Source of the DNA: Mustelus asterias
Taxonomy: Eukaryota
Assembly (NCBI RefSeq): GCF_964213995.1
Contig: NW_027590136.1
Span: 1,116,001-1,180,000, forward strand
Direction of reading: 5' to 3'
Length of the DNA: 64,000 nucleotides
The notes under the pieces were generated by a model, which worked only from the letters and a program-made list of their open reading frames with translations, did no database searches and was not told where the DNA came from. Position numbers and translations under genes: made by a program. Each line of letters begins with the position of its first letter. Within the stretch, counting starts at the first letter, position 1. Positions 22,524 to 36,399 of this stretch are shown here, piece by piece.

Positions 22524-23671
22524 CTGCTGGAGTTTGATTCTGCTGTTTATCACAAATCACAAACATGTTGATTGTGGTCATTCGCCTCTGATGTAAATAA
22601 ATTTGAGCCCACAAATAAATACTAATGTCCTGGATGAAAGTCAAATCAATCTGCTTTTATGTTAAACAAACAATTTGTTGAAACTTTTTATTATCTCTGA
22701 CTCAAGTCCATTCCTTTCAAATAGTTCTCCCTCTCCCCTGTCTCCTCCATCCTGACCCCAACAAAAAGTGTGATGAACTCATGGAGCTTCTTTGTTACTA
22801 GGATTGAGCCAACCCAATCAGCTGCCCCTGCTGCTTCCCTCTCTTCCACCCTCCCACTGAGCCAAACTAATGTGTCTGAAGCCTCTCCCTGTCTGAGCCT
22901 TGAACCTGCATCTTTCAACAGTTTCTTTCCTGTCTTGGCCCTGACTCTATTTTCATTAAATTACTGACCATCCAACTTCCCCATATTGGCTGATATTGTT
23001 AATGATTCTCTCCCTCTCTTCTGGTTTTGTTCCTCTCACTTTTAACTACACAAACATCACCCTTTCTGAAAAAAAACCCTTTGATCCCACTTTGCTTGCA
23101 AATTATGGCCCCATCTCCAGCCTCCCTTTCCTCTCCAAAGTCTTTGAACTTGGTGTCTCCCAAGGATATATACTTTTGGTCTCCTATTTGGGCAGCAAGG
23201 TGGCATGGTGGTTCACACTGCTGCTTCACAGATCCAGACACCTGAGTACAATTTCAACCTGTGTGGAGTTTGCACATTCTTTCTGTGTCTGTGTGGATTT
23301 CCTCCGTGTGCTCCGGTTTCTTCCACACTCCAAAGATGTGCAGGCTAGCTGGAATGGCCATGGTAAAATGTATGGGATTACGGGTATAGGGTGGGGAGAG
23401 GGACAGCAGATTTCCTTACCCAGAGGATGTTAGTGAGCAATCAGCAATGGTTTCATAGTCAGAGCATTGCCCTGGGTCTCTGGGTTACTGCTCCAGTGAC
23501 AATATCACTATGCCACTGCCTCTTCAATGTACACACAATGAAAAGGCCATTCACCTGCTCCATGTGGGAAAGAATTTGTGCATCCAATTTGAAGGGCTGT
23601 GATCACGATAATTATGAAAATTCAGGATATGAATGCCTTTTCTTTGTAATTCCAACATTCATCTACTCTTA

Positions 23672-24010
23672 ACCATAAGACCATGAGACATAGGAGCAGA
23701 ATTAGGCCACTCGGCCCATCGAGTCTGCTCCGCCATTTAATCATGGCTGATATTTTTCTCATCCCCATTCTCCTGCCTTTTCCACATAACCCCTGATCCC
23801 CTTATTAATCAAGAACCTATCTATCTCTGTCTTAAAGACACTCAATGACCTGGCCTCAACGGCCTTCTGTGGCAAAGAGTTCCACAGATTCACCAATCTC
23901 TGGCTGAAGAAATTCCTCCTAATGTCTGTTTGAAAGGATCATCCCTTTAGCCTGAGGTTGTGTCCTCTTTAGCCTGAGGTTGTGCCCTCTTTAGCCTGAG
24001 GTTGTGCCCT
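23672..24010 (-). mobile_element. CR1 3' end with a terminal 21-bp triplication
   Basis: CATAGGAGCAGAATTAGGCC tail; CTTTAGCCTGAGGTTGTG x3 at 23945-24008. Confidence 0.8.
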
Positions 24011-24081
24011 GGAGTATTCTGGTTAACACACTGGAATACTCCCTTTGGCCCTTTAGGATAATGTCACTGCAGTATGACATA

Positions 24082-24415
24082 GGGCGGTACGGTGGCACAG
24101 TGGTTAGCACTGCTGCTTCACAGCTCCAGGGTCCCGGGTTCGATGCTCGGGTCACTGTCTGTGTGGAGTTTGCACATTCTCCTCGTGTCTGCGTGGGTTT
24201 CCTCCGGGTGCTCCGGTTTCCTCCCACAATCCAAAGATGTGCGCGTTAGGCTGATTGGCCAGGTTAAAAATTGCCCCTTAGAGTCCTGAGATGCGTAGGT
24301 TTGAGGGATTAGCGGGTAAATATGTGGGGGTAGGGCCTGGGTGGGATTGTGGTCGGTGCAGACTCGATGGGCCGAATGGCCTCCTTCTGCACTGTAGGGT
24401 TTCTATGATTCTATA
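24082..24415 (+). mobile_element. HE1-like SINE (related copies ~23190-23400, 25920-26257, 32803-33160, 36063-36360 and 48373-48680 on +; 36675-36937, 40150-40640 and 62803-63122 on -)
   Basis: A box GGTGGCACAGTGG, B box GGTTCGA, V-type core and CR1-derived tail. Confidence 0.88.
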
Positions 24416-24889
24416 GTATATGAGATCTGAAGAAACATTCAACTAAATGCTACCAGGCACCTGATATGCTTAACTGTGGAAACCCTTTTCCATTAAGGTC
24501 TCAGATTACTACAACAGATATGCATTGTTCTGACTCGACCAGCCGGGCTGTGGAATTAATTGGATGGATCTTCCAGAGAGCCAGCAGAGTCATAATGGGC
24601 CAAATGGTTTCTATTTATGCTGTATCATTCTCTAAAAGAGTGAATATTCAGTATCAGGGACAGAGAGAAGAACGAGTGACTGTGCGATTGAACCCAGCCA
24701 GGATCAGCACCATAAAGGGAGGAGTGAGAGGGAAACGGTATAAAAGCTTTGAAACTATTGCATGGCCTTGCAGCAGAACGTTGAGAAATGGAGCACAGCA
24801 GATCACCAATTCTCAATATTTCATTAACTTACCTCATGCTGACAATGTTATTTTGAACTAACTATATGAAGTTTCAATGGCGCTTATTA

Positions 24890-25350
24890 CCCAGCATTCG
24901 CTGCGGGTGTGAAAGTGCCCTATTCACTCCACAGGAGCCCAGTACGCAGACGCAGCGTTGTATCTGGGGCATGCGCAGTGTCACTTTGCTCGGAGCCCTG
25001 CGAGTGTGGAGATGCTTATTTCAAGGGGTGAGAGTCGGTGGGGCGGAGGGAGGAATGGAGCCGGGAGTCGGGGTGGGGAGGGAGCAGAGGCTTCATAAAC
25101 ATATGCTGTAGGCCGCAAGGCCTGAATAAGAGCCTTCCGGTCCCGGGTTTGCAGCTGCGGGGATTTTATCCGGGATCAGGCCCAGTGCCGCGGCCGCCAT
25201 CTTTGTTTAGCGGGGAGCAGAGCGCATGCGCGGCCAGTGGGCGGAGCTTCAGGATTTGGGTGACCAGGAGAGACAATGTTTGAGTCATTGACTGACAGGC
25301 CGGGTTAATGGATGCTGCCTTTCACCTTCTCAATTTGGAGCGGCGGCTCG
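24890..25350. promoter_or_regulatory. CpG-island promoter, probably of the ZNF gene at 29.6-30.9 kb
   Basis: NRF1 sites GCATGCGC and GCGCATGCGC, YY1 site GCCGCCATCTT and GC boxes. The link to the ZNF gene is inferred. Confidence 0.65.
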
Positions 25351-26397
25351 CCGTCTTTTATACACTTTAATCATACAGACATTAGCGGTTACTTCGTCAT
25401 TAGCTTTGGGTGGTGACATGTACTTAGCCAATTGGGCTCCCCTAGCAACAATTGACCTCCAATCACATTCCTTCAAAAACAAGTTTCAGTTCCGCTTTAT
25501 CTGAAGCTAAGCTGACCATCTGGACCTCGCGGTCTGGTTTTTTTTGTCTGTTCCGTATTTTTTCTACAATAACAGGATGTAGCTCAAAGGTTAGTTTGTT
25601 ATTGAGTCAGCAACAGAATCTTTGTTAACCACAGGATAAGTGCTGGTGCAGCCTGTAGTCACGTACGCATTAACTTTCAAAGGTCATAGTCTTAATTTCA
25701 CTCCAACAATCACATCTCATTTATCTAAAATCCAATGAGCACAGATGTACCCTGCCTAACCTTTCCTCATAAAACAGACCCCTTCATGCCCGAAATCAGC
25801 TCGTGAACCTTGTCTGAATTGCTTCCAATGTAAGTATATTCCATCTTAAGTAATCTTATGCTAGAAAACAGGAGGGGAGAATGTTATGGATTTATATTCG
25901 GGTCTGACAAATGACTGTTGGGGGTGACACAGTGGTTTGCACTTCTGTCTCAAAGCGCCAGAGACCCGGTTCAATTCCAGCCTCGGCTGATTGTCTGTAT
26001 GGAGTTTGCACATTCTCCCTCTGTCTGTGTGGGTTTCCTCTGGGTGCTCTGGTTTCCTCCCACACTCCAAAGAGTGGGTTGATCGACCATGCTAAATTGT
26101 CCCTTTGTGTCTCAAGATGAGGGGGAAGGAAAGGATTAGTGATGTACGTACATCAGGTTACAGGGATAGGGCCTGAGTAAAGGTGCTCTGTTAGAAACCT
26201 GGTGCAGACTCAAAGGGCTAAAAGGCCTCCTTCTGCACTGCAGAGATTCTGTGATTTTGGAATCTCCTTTTACAGATGGTTAGAAAAAGAGGATTTTTAC
26301 AGCAATCTCAAAGCCCCAAAAATGTGTATTTCTTAATTTCAAGCCACATTGACACCTGACTCTTGTAATCTCCTTTTGCAGGAGTTAGAATATTTGC

Positions 26398-28450
26398 ACT
26401 TGACGGTCCATGAGGAGGGCGTGGCCGTTCACTTGCTGAATGTCTACGCCCCAACCGGCGGACCGCAGCAAATGACTTTCTATGAGAAAGTGTCCGCTCA
26501 CATCGACACCATCGCGGGGGGCGAATGCATTATCCTCGGGGGAGATTTCAACTGTACCCTCGAGGCACGGGACCGCACCGGCCCCTGGCTGCGCACCCCG
26601 GTGATGGTGAAGTTGCGGGACCTGCTCGGGTCCCACGACTTGGTGGACATTTGGCGACATCTCCATCATGGCTCCAGAGCTTTCACTTATGTGAGGCCTG
26701 GAGTCGGAGCGTCCAGGCCCGACCGCCTTTACATTTCGAGGGCGAACGTGTCCGGCGTGTCTTCGGCTCCATGCGGCTGGTGTCGTGCACGGACCACAGC
26801 CTGATGTGGGCGGACTTTTTGCCGTCTCGCGTCCGGCGGGGGCCCGCGTACTGGCACTTTAACAACATGCTGCTGGAGGACGAGCGCTTCCTGGACTCGT
26901 TCCGTCGATTCTGGGCCGGCTGGAGAAGGAAGCGGGGAGGCTTCCCCTCCTTGAGGCTCTGGTGGGATGTGGGCAAGACTCACGTCCGTACCTTCTGTCA
27001 GGAGTACGCAAGGGGGTCGACAAAGGGACGGAAATCCAGGCTCGAGGAGTTGGAGAAGGAGGTGCTCGACCTGGAGGCACGTCTCAGTCGGCCTGACGCG
27101 GACCCGGCCCTGCGTTCGGAGTACAGGGAGAAGAAGGACGCGCTGCGGGACCTGCAGCTTGCCAGGTCTCGCGGCGCGTACGTGAGGTCACGGCTCCAGT
27201 TCCAGGTGGACCTGGACCGCGGCTCCCCCTTCTTCTACTCGCTGGAAAGAGGGCGGGCTAACCGTCAGCAGCTCCTTATGCTGCTGGCCGACGACGGTTC
27301 CCCCGTCTCGGATCCCGAGGGCATCCGGGCCATTGCCCGGGATGATTGCACCTCCCTCTTCTCTCCGGATCTGTCCAGCGAGGATTCCCACAGACTTCTG
27401 TGGGAGGACCTGCCGCAGGTCAGCCCGGAGGGCGTCGGCAAGCTTGAAGCCCCCACCACCATGGCCGAGCTGACCGGCGCCCTCAATGGCCTCAGTCGGG
27501 GCAAGGCCCCGGGGCTGGACGGGCTGACAGTAGAGTTCTTCAGGGCGTTCTGGGACGTCCTGGGGAGCGACTACGCGGGGGTCCTGGGGGAGAGCATTGC
27601 TCCCGGGGAGATGCCCTTTCGTGGCACAGGGCTGTCATTGCCCTGCTGCCCAACAAGATCTATGCCTCCTAAAAAACTGGCGCTCGGTCTCCTTCCTCAG
27701 CACGGATTATACAATCTTTGCCAAGGCTATTGCTTCATGCCTTGGATCCGTGCTGGACCACATGATCCACCCTGACCAGTCCTACATGGTCCCGGGCCGT
27801 TGTATTCACGATAACCTCCACCTGGTCCGGGACCTAATCGGGGACGTGCTCGATGGCGGAGGGGCAGGCTGGATGAGTCCCCACGTGCTGGCTGAGCGCA
27901 CGGGGATGACAATCCGGCACGCGGCCAAAGCCATCCGAGACCTTAGTACAGTCGTGCTCGGCCCCGAAAATACAAACTCGAGGCGGCGCAGGCGTGCGGT
28001 GGGATCCCGCCCGAGCGTTCCCCTGTTCGGGCGGAATTCCACATTGGCCCAAATCCTCAACCCCCCTCCCTGGGTGAGGTGCCCCACAGCCTGAGCCGCC
28101 TCGCGGAAATGTCCTCCGTGCCTTTTTCTACCGCGCGGAGGCGTTTCCTGTGCGGGCTGCTGCTGCACACCTTCCACTACCGCTTCCTCGCCTGTCGCCC
28201 GGATACACCTTGACGGGCCTTGTTGCCACCGTGTGGCGGAGGTCCCCCCTGGAGGTCCCTCTACGCAGGGATCTCCCCCAATTATGTCGGGGACCTGGGG
28301 TGGAGGGTGGTGCATGCAGCAGTTCCTCACAACCTTAGGATTCACTGGTTCACGGGCTCCGAAGACTGCCCTTTCTGTGGCCTTGCAGAGTCCGTCGAAC
28401 ATGTCTATGTTGTGTGTCTTAGGCTGCACTCCATTTTTGTTTCCCTAAAG
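26398..28450 (+). mobile_element. Tx1-type (L1 clade) retrotransposon ORF2, internally deleted, GC-rich
   Basis: LNVYAP, ILGGDFN, YWHFNN.LL, WWDVGK, KAPGLDGLTVEF and IHDNLHLVRD motifs. Jumps at ~27840 to the C-terminal region; CPFCG..ESVEH zinc knuckle. Confidence 0.92.
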
Positions 28451-28689
28451 AACCCAGCAGGACCCAAGGACTCATCAGCCCACAGCTCCAACAGTTTGCT
28501 GAGGACCACTTCCCTGGTACTTGTGCTTTTTCAGAGTTCATCCCACACTTCTGTTTTCTGATTTCCAGCTGTTTCTGAGTTATAACTGTACCTCTATTGT
28601 GAACACCGAGGCAAAATACTTGTTCAATTCATCTCCCAGCTCCTTATTTTTCATTATCAATTCCTGGACTCACTTTCTATTAGACAGTT

Positions 28690-29270
28690 AAGAAATGAGG
28701 TCGAGCAAGTGACTGAAGTGTCAGTCAGGGAGCACTATTGGGAGCACCAATAGTTTCAAAATATTTCTGGAAAAAGATGGGAGCAGGGCCACTTTTGTGG
28801 GCATTAGGCAGGATCTAGCAGATGTTGATTAGGTGAGTTTGTTTGAAGGGAAAGGAATGACTGGCAAATGGGAGGTTTTAAAAGTGTGATATCAAGAATC
28901 CAGGGGCAGTATATTCCTGTGAAGATGCAGGGAAAGAATGGTAAATTTAGGGATCTCTGGCAGACAAGGGACATTGAGGCTCTGGTCAGGTAAAAGAAGG
29001 AAGCATACATTGGGTTTAAAGATTAAAGAAAATTCCAAGAGGTACTATAGCTATATTAAGAGTAAAAGGGTGGCTCGAGAGGGAATAGATCCCCTTAAAA
29101 ATCAGTATGGCCATCTCTGTGTGGAGCCACAGGAGATGGATGAGATTTTTAATGAATACTTCTCCTCTGTGTTTACTGCGGAGAGCACCATGGATGCTAA
29201 AGAAATAAGGGAAACAAGTGGTGATGTCTTGGGCGCACGCATGTTACTTGGGAGGAGGTATCTGCAGCCT
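28690..29270 (+). mobile_element. Decayed CR1 internal fragments
   Basis: IKENSKRYYSYIKSKR...NEYFSSVFT peptide. Confidence 0.8.
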
Positions 29271-29271
29271 T

Positions 29272-29458
29272 ATAAAAGCAAATTACTGCGGATGCTGGAA
29301 TCTGAAACCAAGAGAGAAAATGCTGGAAAATCTCAGCAGGTCTGGCAGCCTCTGTAAGGAGAGAAAAGAGCTGATGTTTCTTGTCCAGATGACCCTTTGT
29401 CAAAGCTCTGAAACATCAGTTCTTTTCTATCCATACAGATGCTGCCAGATCTGCTGAG
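29272..29458. mobile_element. Penelope-derived fold-back element in the ZNF intron
   Basis: Same family as 7680 and 39194; inverted arms TCTCAGCAGGTCTGGCAGC / GCTGCCAGATCTGCTGAGA. Confidence 0.7.
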
Positions 29459-29944
29459 AATGGGGAGAGAGTGTGTGGGATGGAGATTTACAGCTTTTGG
29501 GGAATGAGAGAGGAATGAATGTTCCGTAGAAATTGTCTGTTCTGAATTTCTATCCTGTACTGACACTGATGACATTTGGAAACTCATTTTACAGGATATT
29601 GAAAGAGGAATCACAGGCCGAAATCTCAAACTTCACGTCTCGATCTGACAGAGTCTTATTCCTTGGGACCTCAATATCATCGGACTTTGAATCCAGAAGG
29701 AGAAATGATTGTCCAGTCTGTCGATTTGAAAAGATTTGAAATGTCAGTGTGAGTGAAAAAGCATCAACACACTGCCACACTCGAGTGAGAGTGTTCCAAT
29801 GCACTGACTAAAGAGCTTTAACCAGTTACACAGTCTGAATAAATATCACACCATTCACAGCGGGTAGAGACTGTAATCTTGTTCTGCATGTGGACGAAAT
29901 TCAACTAATTGTCCACCCAAGAGAGAGGTAAGGACACCTGCATC

Positions 29945-30871
29945 ATGGAGAAACCATGGAAATGTGTGGACTGTGGGAAGGGATACAGAACCCCATCAGA
30001 GCTGGAAGCTCATCGGCGCAGTCACACTGGGGAGAGGCCGTTCATCTGCTCTCAGTGTGAGAAGGGATTCATTCAGTTCTCCAGCTTACAGATACACCAG
30101 CGAGTTCACACTGGGGAAAGGCCATTCACCTGCTCTCAGTGTGGGAAGGGATTCACTTGTTCATCCAACCTGCGGACACACGAACGGGTTCACACAGGGG
30201 AGAGGCCGTTCACATGCTCTCAATGTGGGAAGGGATTCACTCGATTATCCGACCTGCAGATACACCAGCGAGTTCACACTGGGGAGAAACCATTCACCTG
30301 CTCTCAATGTGGGAAGGGATTCATTCAGTTATCAGACTTGCAGAGACACCAGCGAGTTCACACTGGAGAGAGGCCGTTCACCTGTTCTCAGTGTACCAAG
30401 GGATTCGCTCGATTATCCGAACTGCGGACACACCAGCGAGTTCACACTGGGGAGAAACCATTCACCTGCTCTCAGTGTGGGAAGGGATTCACTGTGTCAT
30501 CCAACCTGCAGACACACCAGCGAGTTCACACTGGGGAGAAACCATTCACCTGCTCTCAGTGTGGGAAGGGATTCAGTCGGTCAACCCACCTGCGGACACA
30601 CCAGCGAGTTCACACAGGGGAGAGGCCATTCACCTGCTCTCAGTGTGGGAAGGGTTTCAGCGTTTCATCCCAGCTGCTGAGACACCAGCGAGCTCACACT
30701 GGGGAGAAACCATTCATCTGCTCTCAGTGTGGAAAGGGATTCACTCAGTTATCCAACCTGCGGACACACCAGAGAGTTCACACTGGGGAGAGGCCGTTCA
30801 CCTGCTCTCAGTGTGGGAAGGGATTCACTCGGTTAACCCACCTGCGGATACACCAGCAAGTTCACGAGTGA
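29945..30871 (+). CDS. Intact C2H2 zinc-finger protein, 11 fingers, 308 aa, no effector domain visible (ZNF cassette 5)
   Basis: MEKPWKC start, 11 CxxC-x12-HxxxH units with TGE(R/K)PF linkers; acceptor TTTTACAG at 29594. Confidence 0.92.
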   Translation: MEKPWKCVDCGKGYRTPSELEAHRRSHTGERPFICSQCEKGFIQFSSLQIHQRVHTGERPFTCSQCGKGFTCSSNLRTHERVHTGERPFTCSQCGKGFTRLSDLQIHQRVHTGEKPFTCSQCGKGFIQLSDLQRHQRVHTGERPFTCSQCTKGFARLSELRTHQRVHTGEKPFTCSQCGKGFTVSSNLQTHQRVHTGEKPFTCSQCGKGFSRSTHLRTHQRVHTGERPFTCSQCGKGFSVSSQLLRHQRAHTGEKPFICSQCGKGFTQLSNLRTHQRVHTGERPFTCSQCGKGFTRLTHLRIHQQVHE

Positions 30872-31119
30872 TGACAGTGGTTGGATTCTGCTGTTATTGT
30901 TTCTGCTCTCAGTTGCATCCAGGACTGCATTTTGTTCATTCTCACAGTTGGTCAATGGGAAGGGCCAGAGGCTTTCTTTGTGCTGGACTGGCCGGTCTCA
31001 GCCTCCAGTGGGCTGATGCTCTTTGAGTCTTTTTGCGAATACATGGTTTCAAATGTCACAAGGATCACAGAGTGACAGGGTGTTAGGAAGTTTAGAGATA
31101 TTTAGTCAGAAGAAAACAG

Positions 31120-32158
31120 AGGTTGGCAGTGCAAAGGTACATTTCTGAATGGAGGGCTGTGACAAGTGACGTTCCTCAGGGATCAGTGCTGGGACTTTTG
31201 CTGTTTGTAATGGATATAAATGATTTGGAGGAAAATGTAACTGATTTGATTGGTAAGTTTGTGGACGACACAAAGGTTGGTGGAGTTGCGGATAGCGATG
31301 GGGACCGGCAGAGGATACAGCAGGATATAGATCAGTTGGAGACTTGGGCGGAGAGATGGCAGATGAAGTTTAATCTGGACAAATGTGAGGTAATACATTT
31401 TGGAAGGACTAATACAGATGGGAAATATACAGTAAATGGCAGAACCCTGAAGAGTATTCATAGGCAGAGGGATCTGGGTGTACAGGTACACAGGTCATTG
31501 AAAGTGGTAATGCAGGTGGAGAAGATAATCAAGAAGGCATACGGCATGCTTGCCTTCATCGGCCGGGGCATTGAGTTTAAAAATTGGCAAGTCATGTTGC
31601 AGCTTTATTGAACCTTTGTTGGACCGCACTTGGAATCAATTCTGATCACCACACTACCAGAAGAATGTGGAGGCTTTGGAGAGGGTACGGAAAATATTTA
31701 TCAGGATGTTGCCTGGTGTGGAGGGCATTAGCTATGAGGAGAGGTTGGAGAAACTTGGTTTGTTCTCACTGGAACGACGGAGGTTGAGGGGGGGGCGACC
31801 TGATAGAAGTCTACAAGATTATGAGGGGCATGGACAGAGTGGATAATCAGAAGCTTTTTCCCAGGGTGGAAGAGTCAATTACTCGGGACATAAGTTTAAG
31901 GTGCGAGGGGCAAGGTTTAAAGGAGATGTACGAGGCAGGTCTTTTTACACAGAGGGTGGTGGGTGCCAGGAACCCGTTGCTGGTGAAGGTAGTGGAAGCA
32001 GATAAGATAGTGACTTTTCAGATGTGTCTTGACAAATATATGAATAGCATAGGAATAGAGGGATATGGTCCCCGGAAAGGGTAGGGGGTTTTGCGACAGG
32101 CTTGGAGAGCCAAAGGGCTTGTTTCTGTGCTGGAATTTTCTTTGTTCTTCGTTCTGTT
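31120..32158 (+). mobile_element. CR1 3' fragment in the ZNF 3' region
   Basis: [16 protein letters not shown] and RDLGVQVH motifs; absent from the paralogous position near 9575-9580. Confidence 0.9.
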
Positions 32159-34569
32159 TGGAACATCCCAAATGCCCATCCAATTTCCTTTTTAATTGTT
32201 TATTGTCTCCACTTCCTCCTCCCTCGTAGGCAGCGAGTTCCAGGTCATTACCATTCGCTGCATCAGAATATTCTTCCTAACATCTCAACCCCCCCACTGC
32301 CCCCCTTGCACCTCTGACCCAAAACAAGAAATCTGTGTCTCCCCTTGCCCTTGTCCCTTCAGCTAATGGGAACAGCTTTTCTTTGTCCACCTTATCTAAA
32401 CCTGTCAGAATCTTGTCCACCTCTATCAAATCTCCCCTCAACCTCTTTTGCTCCAAGGGGAACAAACCCAGCCTGACATCGACAATAAAAACAAACTAAC
32501 AGAATATGTTACTGTCTGAAATCAAATGGGAATGTTTAATTTCTGTTTTAAAGATATTGTGAAGATATTGTCCTGGACAAAAAAGGAATTGGAATAACTC
32601 ACCTTGGGAGTGGTTGAATGGAATATATCAATCTGATATCCACGTACAGTCTCATGAAAGTCTGGAATATGCAGCTGGAAGTCCCTTCCTAACAGCACTG
32701 TGGGTGGACGTATACCTCAGGCATTGCAGCAGTTCAAGAAGGGGTTGGGGTTGACCATGGCCAAGGCAGCTACATACAGCCACATATTCTGTTATAATTG
32801 AGGGGGCGGCACGGTAGCACAGTGGTGGGGTGGCACGGTAGCTCAGTGGTTAGCACTGCTGCTTCACAGCTCCAGGGACCTGGGTTCGATTCCCGGCTTG
32901 GGTCACTGTCTGTGTGGAGTTTGCACATTTTCCTCGTGTCTCCTCGTGTCTGGGTGCTCCGGTTTCCTCCCACAGTCCAAAAATGTGTGGGTTAGGCTGA
33001 TTGGCTATGCTAAAATTGCCCCTTAGTGTCCTGGGATGCATAGATTAGAGGGATTAGCAGGTAAAATATGTAGGGATATGGGGGTCGGGCCTGGGTGAGA
33101 TTGTGGTCGGTGCAGACTCGATGGGCCGAATGGCCTTTTTCTGTACTGTAGGGTTTCTATGACTGCAGATTGAATGTGAGGCATTGTGGGACTGGACTAT
33201 CTTGACCATATTCCTGTGACTGCCCGGAAACTCATGTCTATTTTAGTTTATAATTGAGGTTTTCTGGGAATAAGTTAAATGCGGAAATATTAAGCATAGC
33301 CTGGAGGGATTTGGAATAACTGAGAATTTTATCCCCAGATAAAGAACAAAGATTTTGCTGGTGTTTGGGTGTAACGTGTTTGGGATTTTAAATCAACAAA
33401 GATGTTGCCTCTAAAATCAGTCCTTGTAAGTTGGCTTAAAAAAGGTTAAGTTATAATGAAGGAGCTTGTATCTTAGTTTAATCAAGGAGTTGTGAGCTTG
33501 TAGTGCTCTGTCGCTTGAAGAAGCTATAGCTGCAAGAGAGAATGCTGAGGATTCATTGTTTGAAATTTACGAGCTGTGAGAATCTATGTGTTTTGTTTGT
33601 TTTATGTGGATGTAAATGTGTTTTATCATTGTTTTGGGCTACATTTGTTGATCACAAGAACGCTTAAGGAATTAATTTTGGTTACTGTTGTTGTAAAGCA
33701 CATACTAAGTTTCTCTATTTGTGTGTGGATGATATTCGTGGGATTTGTGCGAGGTTTTTTGTCTGTGATTTAAATCAAACAGATTTTTAAAAAAAGGAAG
33801 TGGAATTAATAAAACTTTTTTTGTTCAGAAGTTATGAACCTGGAACCATATTTACTGGCCAGAGACAGGATTCCAGGATATTTTACAAAACATGTGGGAA
33901 TTTTAATCCAGATAAAACTCACTCATGAGAGAATGAGAGTTTTAATTTGTAATGGTTATTTAAAATTTGATACATATGAAACGATTCCGACCAATCCTGT
34001 GTTGGATTGATCTTGGGTTAAACTTCCTGTCAGGTCCAAAGATTTATTCCTGACGCAAGTAACACAATGACAAGGAAAATTTTGGAATTGGATACTGAAG
34101 AAAAGAGTTTAAAAGGAGAGAGTATTAAATAGAAATGATTCCCAGACCATGTGGTCGTCAGATTAAAACAAAGGAAGGGTGCTGACATCCATTTGAGAAC
34201 TTTTAATCCACCCCATTTCAAACTAAGGGAGTCTATATACAAAACCCAAGGATGGTAGATAAGGGGGTCTGGAAAGCACCATGATGGGGGCACCTGTCTA
34301 TGAGATGATCAAAAAGCCCCATAATGCCCAGATACTAATTTTATTGAACCTATAATGTCTGTAATCTATCACCATTCTGATTGGATTGTGTCCAGCCGGG
34401 ATGGGCTGAGTAACTGGATAAGAATTGATGATTTTCTTTGTTGGGTGGAGTTGCACATGGTCAGCCCCTGTGGCTTCTCCCCACTGGCGTAACTCAATAA
34501 ACTGTTTGTTGTTTGAATCAGACTCGAGTGTTGAATGATTCTTCTGAGTTCATTCCCCCCAACACACTG

Positions 34570-35630
34570 GGTACATTACCACTTCATCCTTGGGGGTGGT
34601 CTGATAGGCTGTGGTCCAGACATGTGGACTTTGGGGGACCTTTGATGAATCACATGTTTGGTCGTTGTAGATGCGCATTCAAAATGGTTGGAAGCACAGA
34701 TTATGAGTAATATTCCAGCTCCTGTGACAATAGAGAAGCTCTGTCAAATTTTCACAAGCCCTGGGTTACCAGATTCGCTTGTTTCAGATAACGACACTCT
34801 GTTTATAAGTGAGTTGTTTCAGGAATTCTTGTAAAGGAATGGTCTACGCCATGTGCGTACTGCACCGTTTCATCGGGCTACAAACGGTCGAGCAGAAAGA
34901 GCTGTTCAACCTCTGAAGGAGGGATTGAAGAGAATGGCAGGTGATACTTTAAGAACAAGCTCTCAAAATTTTTGTTCCAGTTTTGCATCACACCACAATC
35001 TGCAACCAGATTCTCTCCTGCGGAATTTTTAGGTAGAAGGTTGAAGTCTCATCCGGATCTGCTTCATCCAGGTCTCAGAGCAAAAGTGAGCAGGAGACAA
35101 GAGAAGCAGAAGGAAGGACACGACTACCGCGCCAAAGAGAGGCAGTTCAAACCGGGTGATCAGGTTTACATCAGAAACTTTGGGAGTAACTAAAGGTGGT
35201 TACCGGGAATAATTTTAAACCAAAGTGGTCCAGTATCTTGGGTGGTGAGACTGTAAAATGGAAGAGTTGTTCGCAGACACCAAGACCATATTCGCTTGCG
35301 GTGTGACCCCGAGTCAGGAACAGTTTCAGAGTCAGCAACCATTACTGAGAACATGGCAGAGGGTCATGCTGCTGTGGATGTTCACCAGGAAATGGTTCCA
35401 GCTTTGCCAGTTGACTCTGCTGTGGGAGTGGAAGAGGAATGTTTATGTACAGATTCTCAAACTACCTCTTCACCTCCCATTCCAGAAACACCATGACAAG
35501 ATTTACCAGTGGTATTGTACAGGTCGCAATGCAACCACAAAGCTGTGACAGACTTCCGTATTGTTAAAGACATTACTTTGTTGTATTTCTGTCCTGATGG
35601 GGGATTGAAATTTAAGGGGAGGAGAAGTGT
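34570..35630 (+). mobile_element. Decayed Gypsy LTR-retrotransposon integrase and PPT
   Basis: PLHPW.W...WSR.HVDF.GP, VDAHSKW, VSDN and APFH.ATNG.AERAVQ motifs; PPT AAGGGGAGGAGAAG followed by TGT at 35628. Confidence 0.85.
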
Positions 35631-36399
35631 TACAGAGTTCTTCTCAACCTCTCTCCCTTCTGAGCACGTGTGGGCTTTGGGCAGGGTTTCAGTCTGCAAG
35701 TCCAGGCTGGTTCCAATGCTCCTGTTTCATTTTGTGTGCCAATGATTTTTAAACGTTGTTATTCATTTATATAAAGAACATCCTGCTTTTAACAATGCAT
35801 TTGACTACCTTATTTGTGGACTGAAGTTTCCACAATTTAAAGCAGGAGATTAGTTAAATGGACAGCCTGAATTGAGAGACAATTAAAGAATAAATGATTC
35901 ATTAATACAGATGTTAGGCTGGAAATGTAAATTTGAACACAAAAGTTTGTAACGTTTAGAATTATAAAGATCCAAGGAATGTTTAAAATGCTGTGGGGAT
36001 TATAAAATGTTCCCTTCTGAGGCCGACAGAATAAAAAAAAACAGATAGCAAGACTTGTTAGTGTGGCGCGGTGCCAGAGTGGTTAGCACTGCTGCCTCAC
36101 AATGTCAGGGACCTGGCTTCGATTCCCGGCTTGGGTGACTGTGCGGAGTCTGCACGTTCTCCCCGTGTCTGCATGGGTGTCCTCCGGGTGCTCCAGTTTC
36201 CTCCCACAGTCCGAAAGACGTGCTGGTTAGGTGCATTAGCCATGTTAAATTCTCAATCAGTGTATCCAATCAGACGCCAGAGTGTGGCAACTAAGGGATT
36301 TTCACAGGAACTTCATTGCAGTGTTAACATAAGCCTACTGGTGACACTAATAAATAAACTAATACTTTGTTAACCTTGACTGGAGGGAATGAATCGGCT

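Noticed and set aside
24082-24160. tRNA gene
   Set aside because: The A/B boxes belong to the tRNA-derived head of a SINE; no complete cloverleaf.
34290-34566. Candidate 5' LTR of the Gypsy relic
   Set aside because: Has AATAAA and a CA end but no visible similarity to the sequence after the PPT at 35628, so it cannot be paired.
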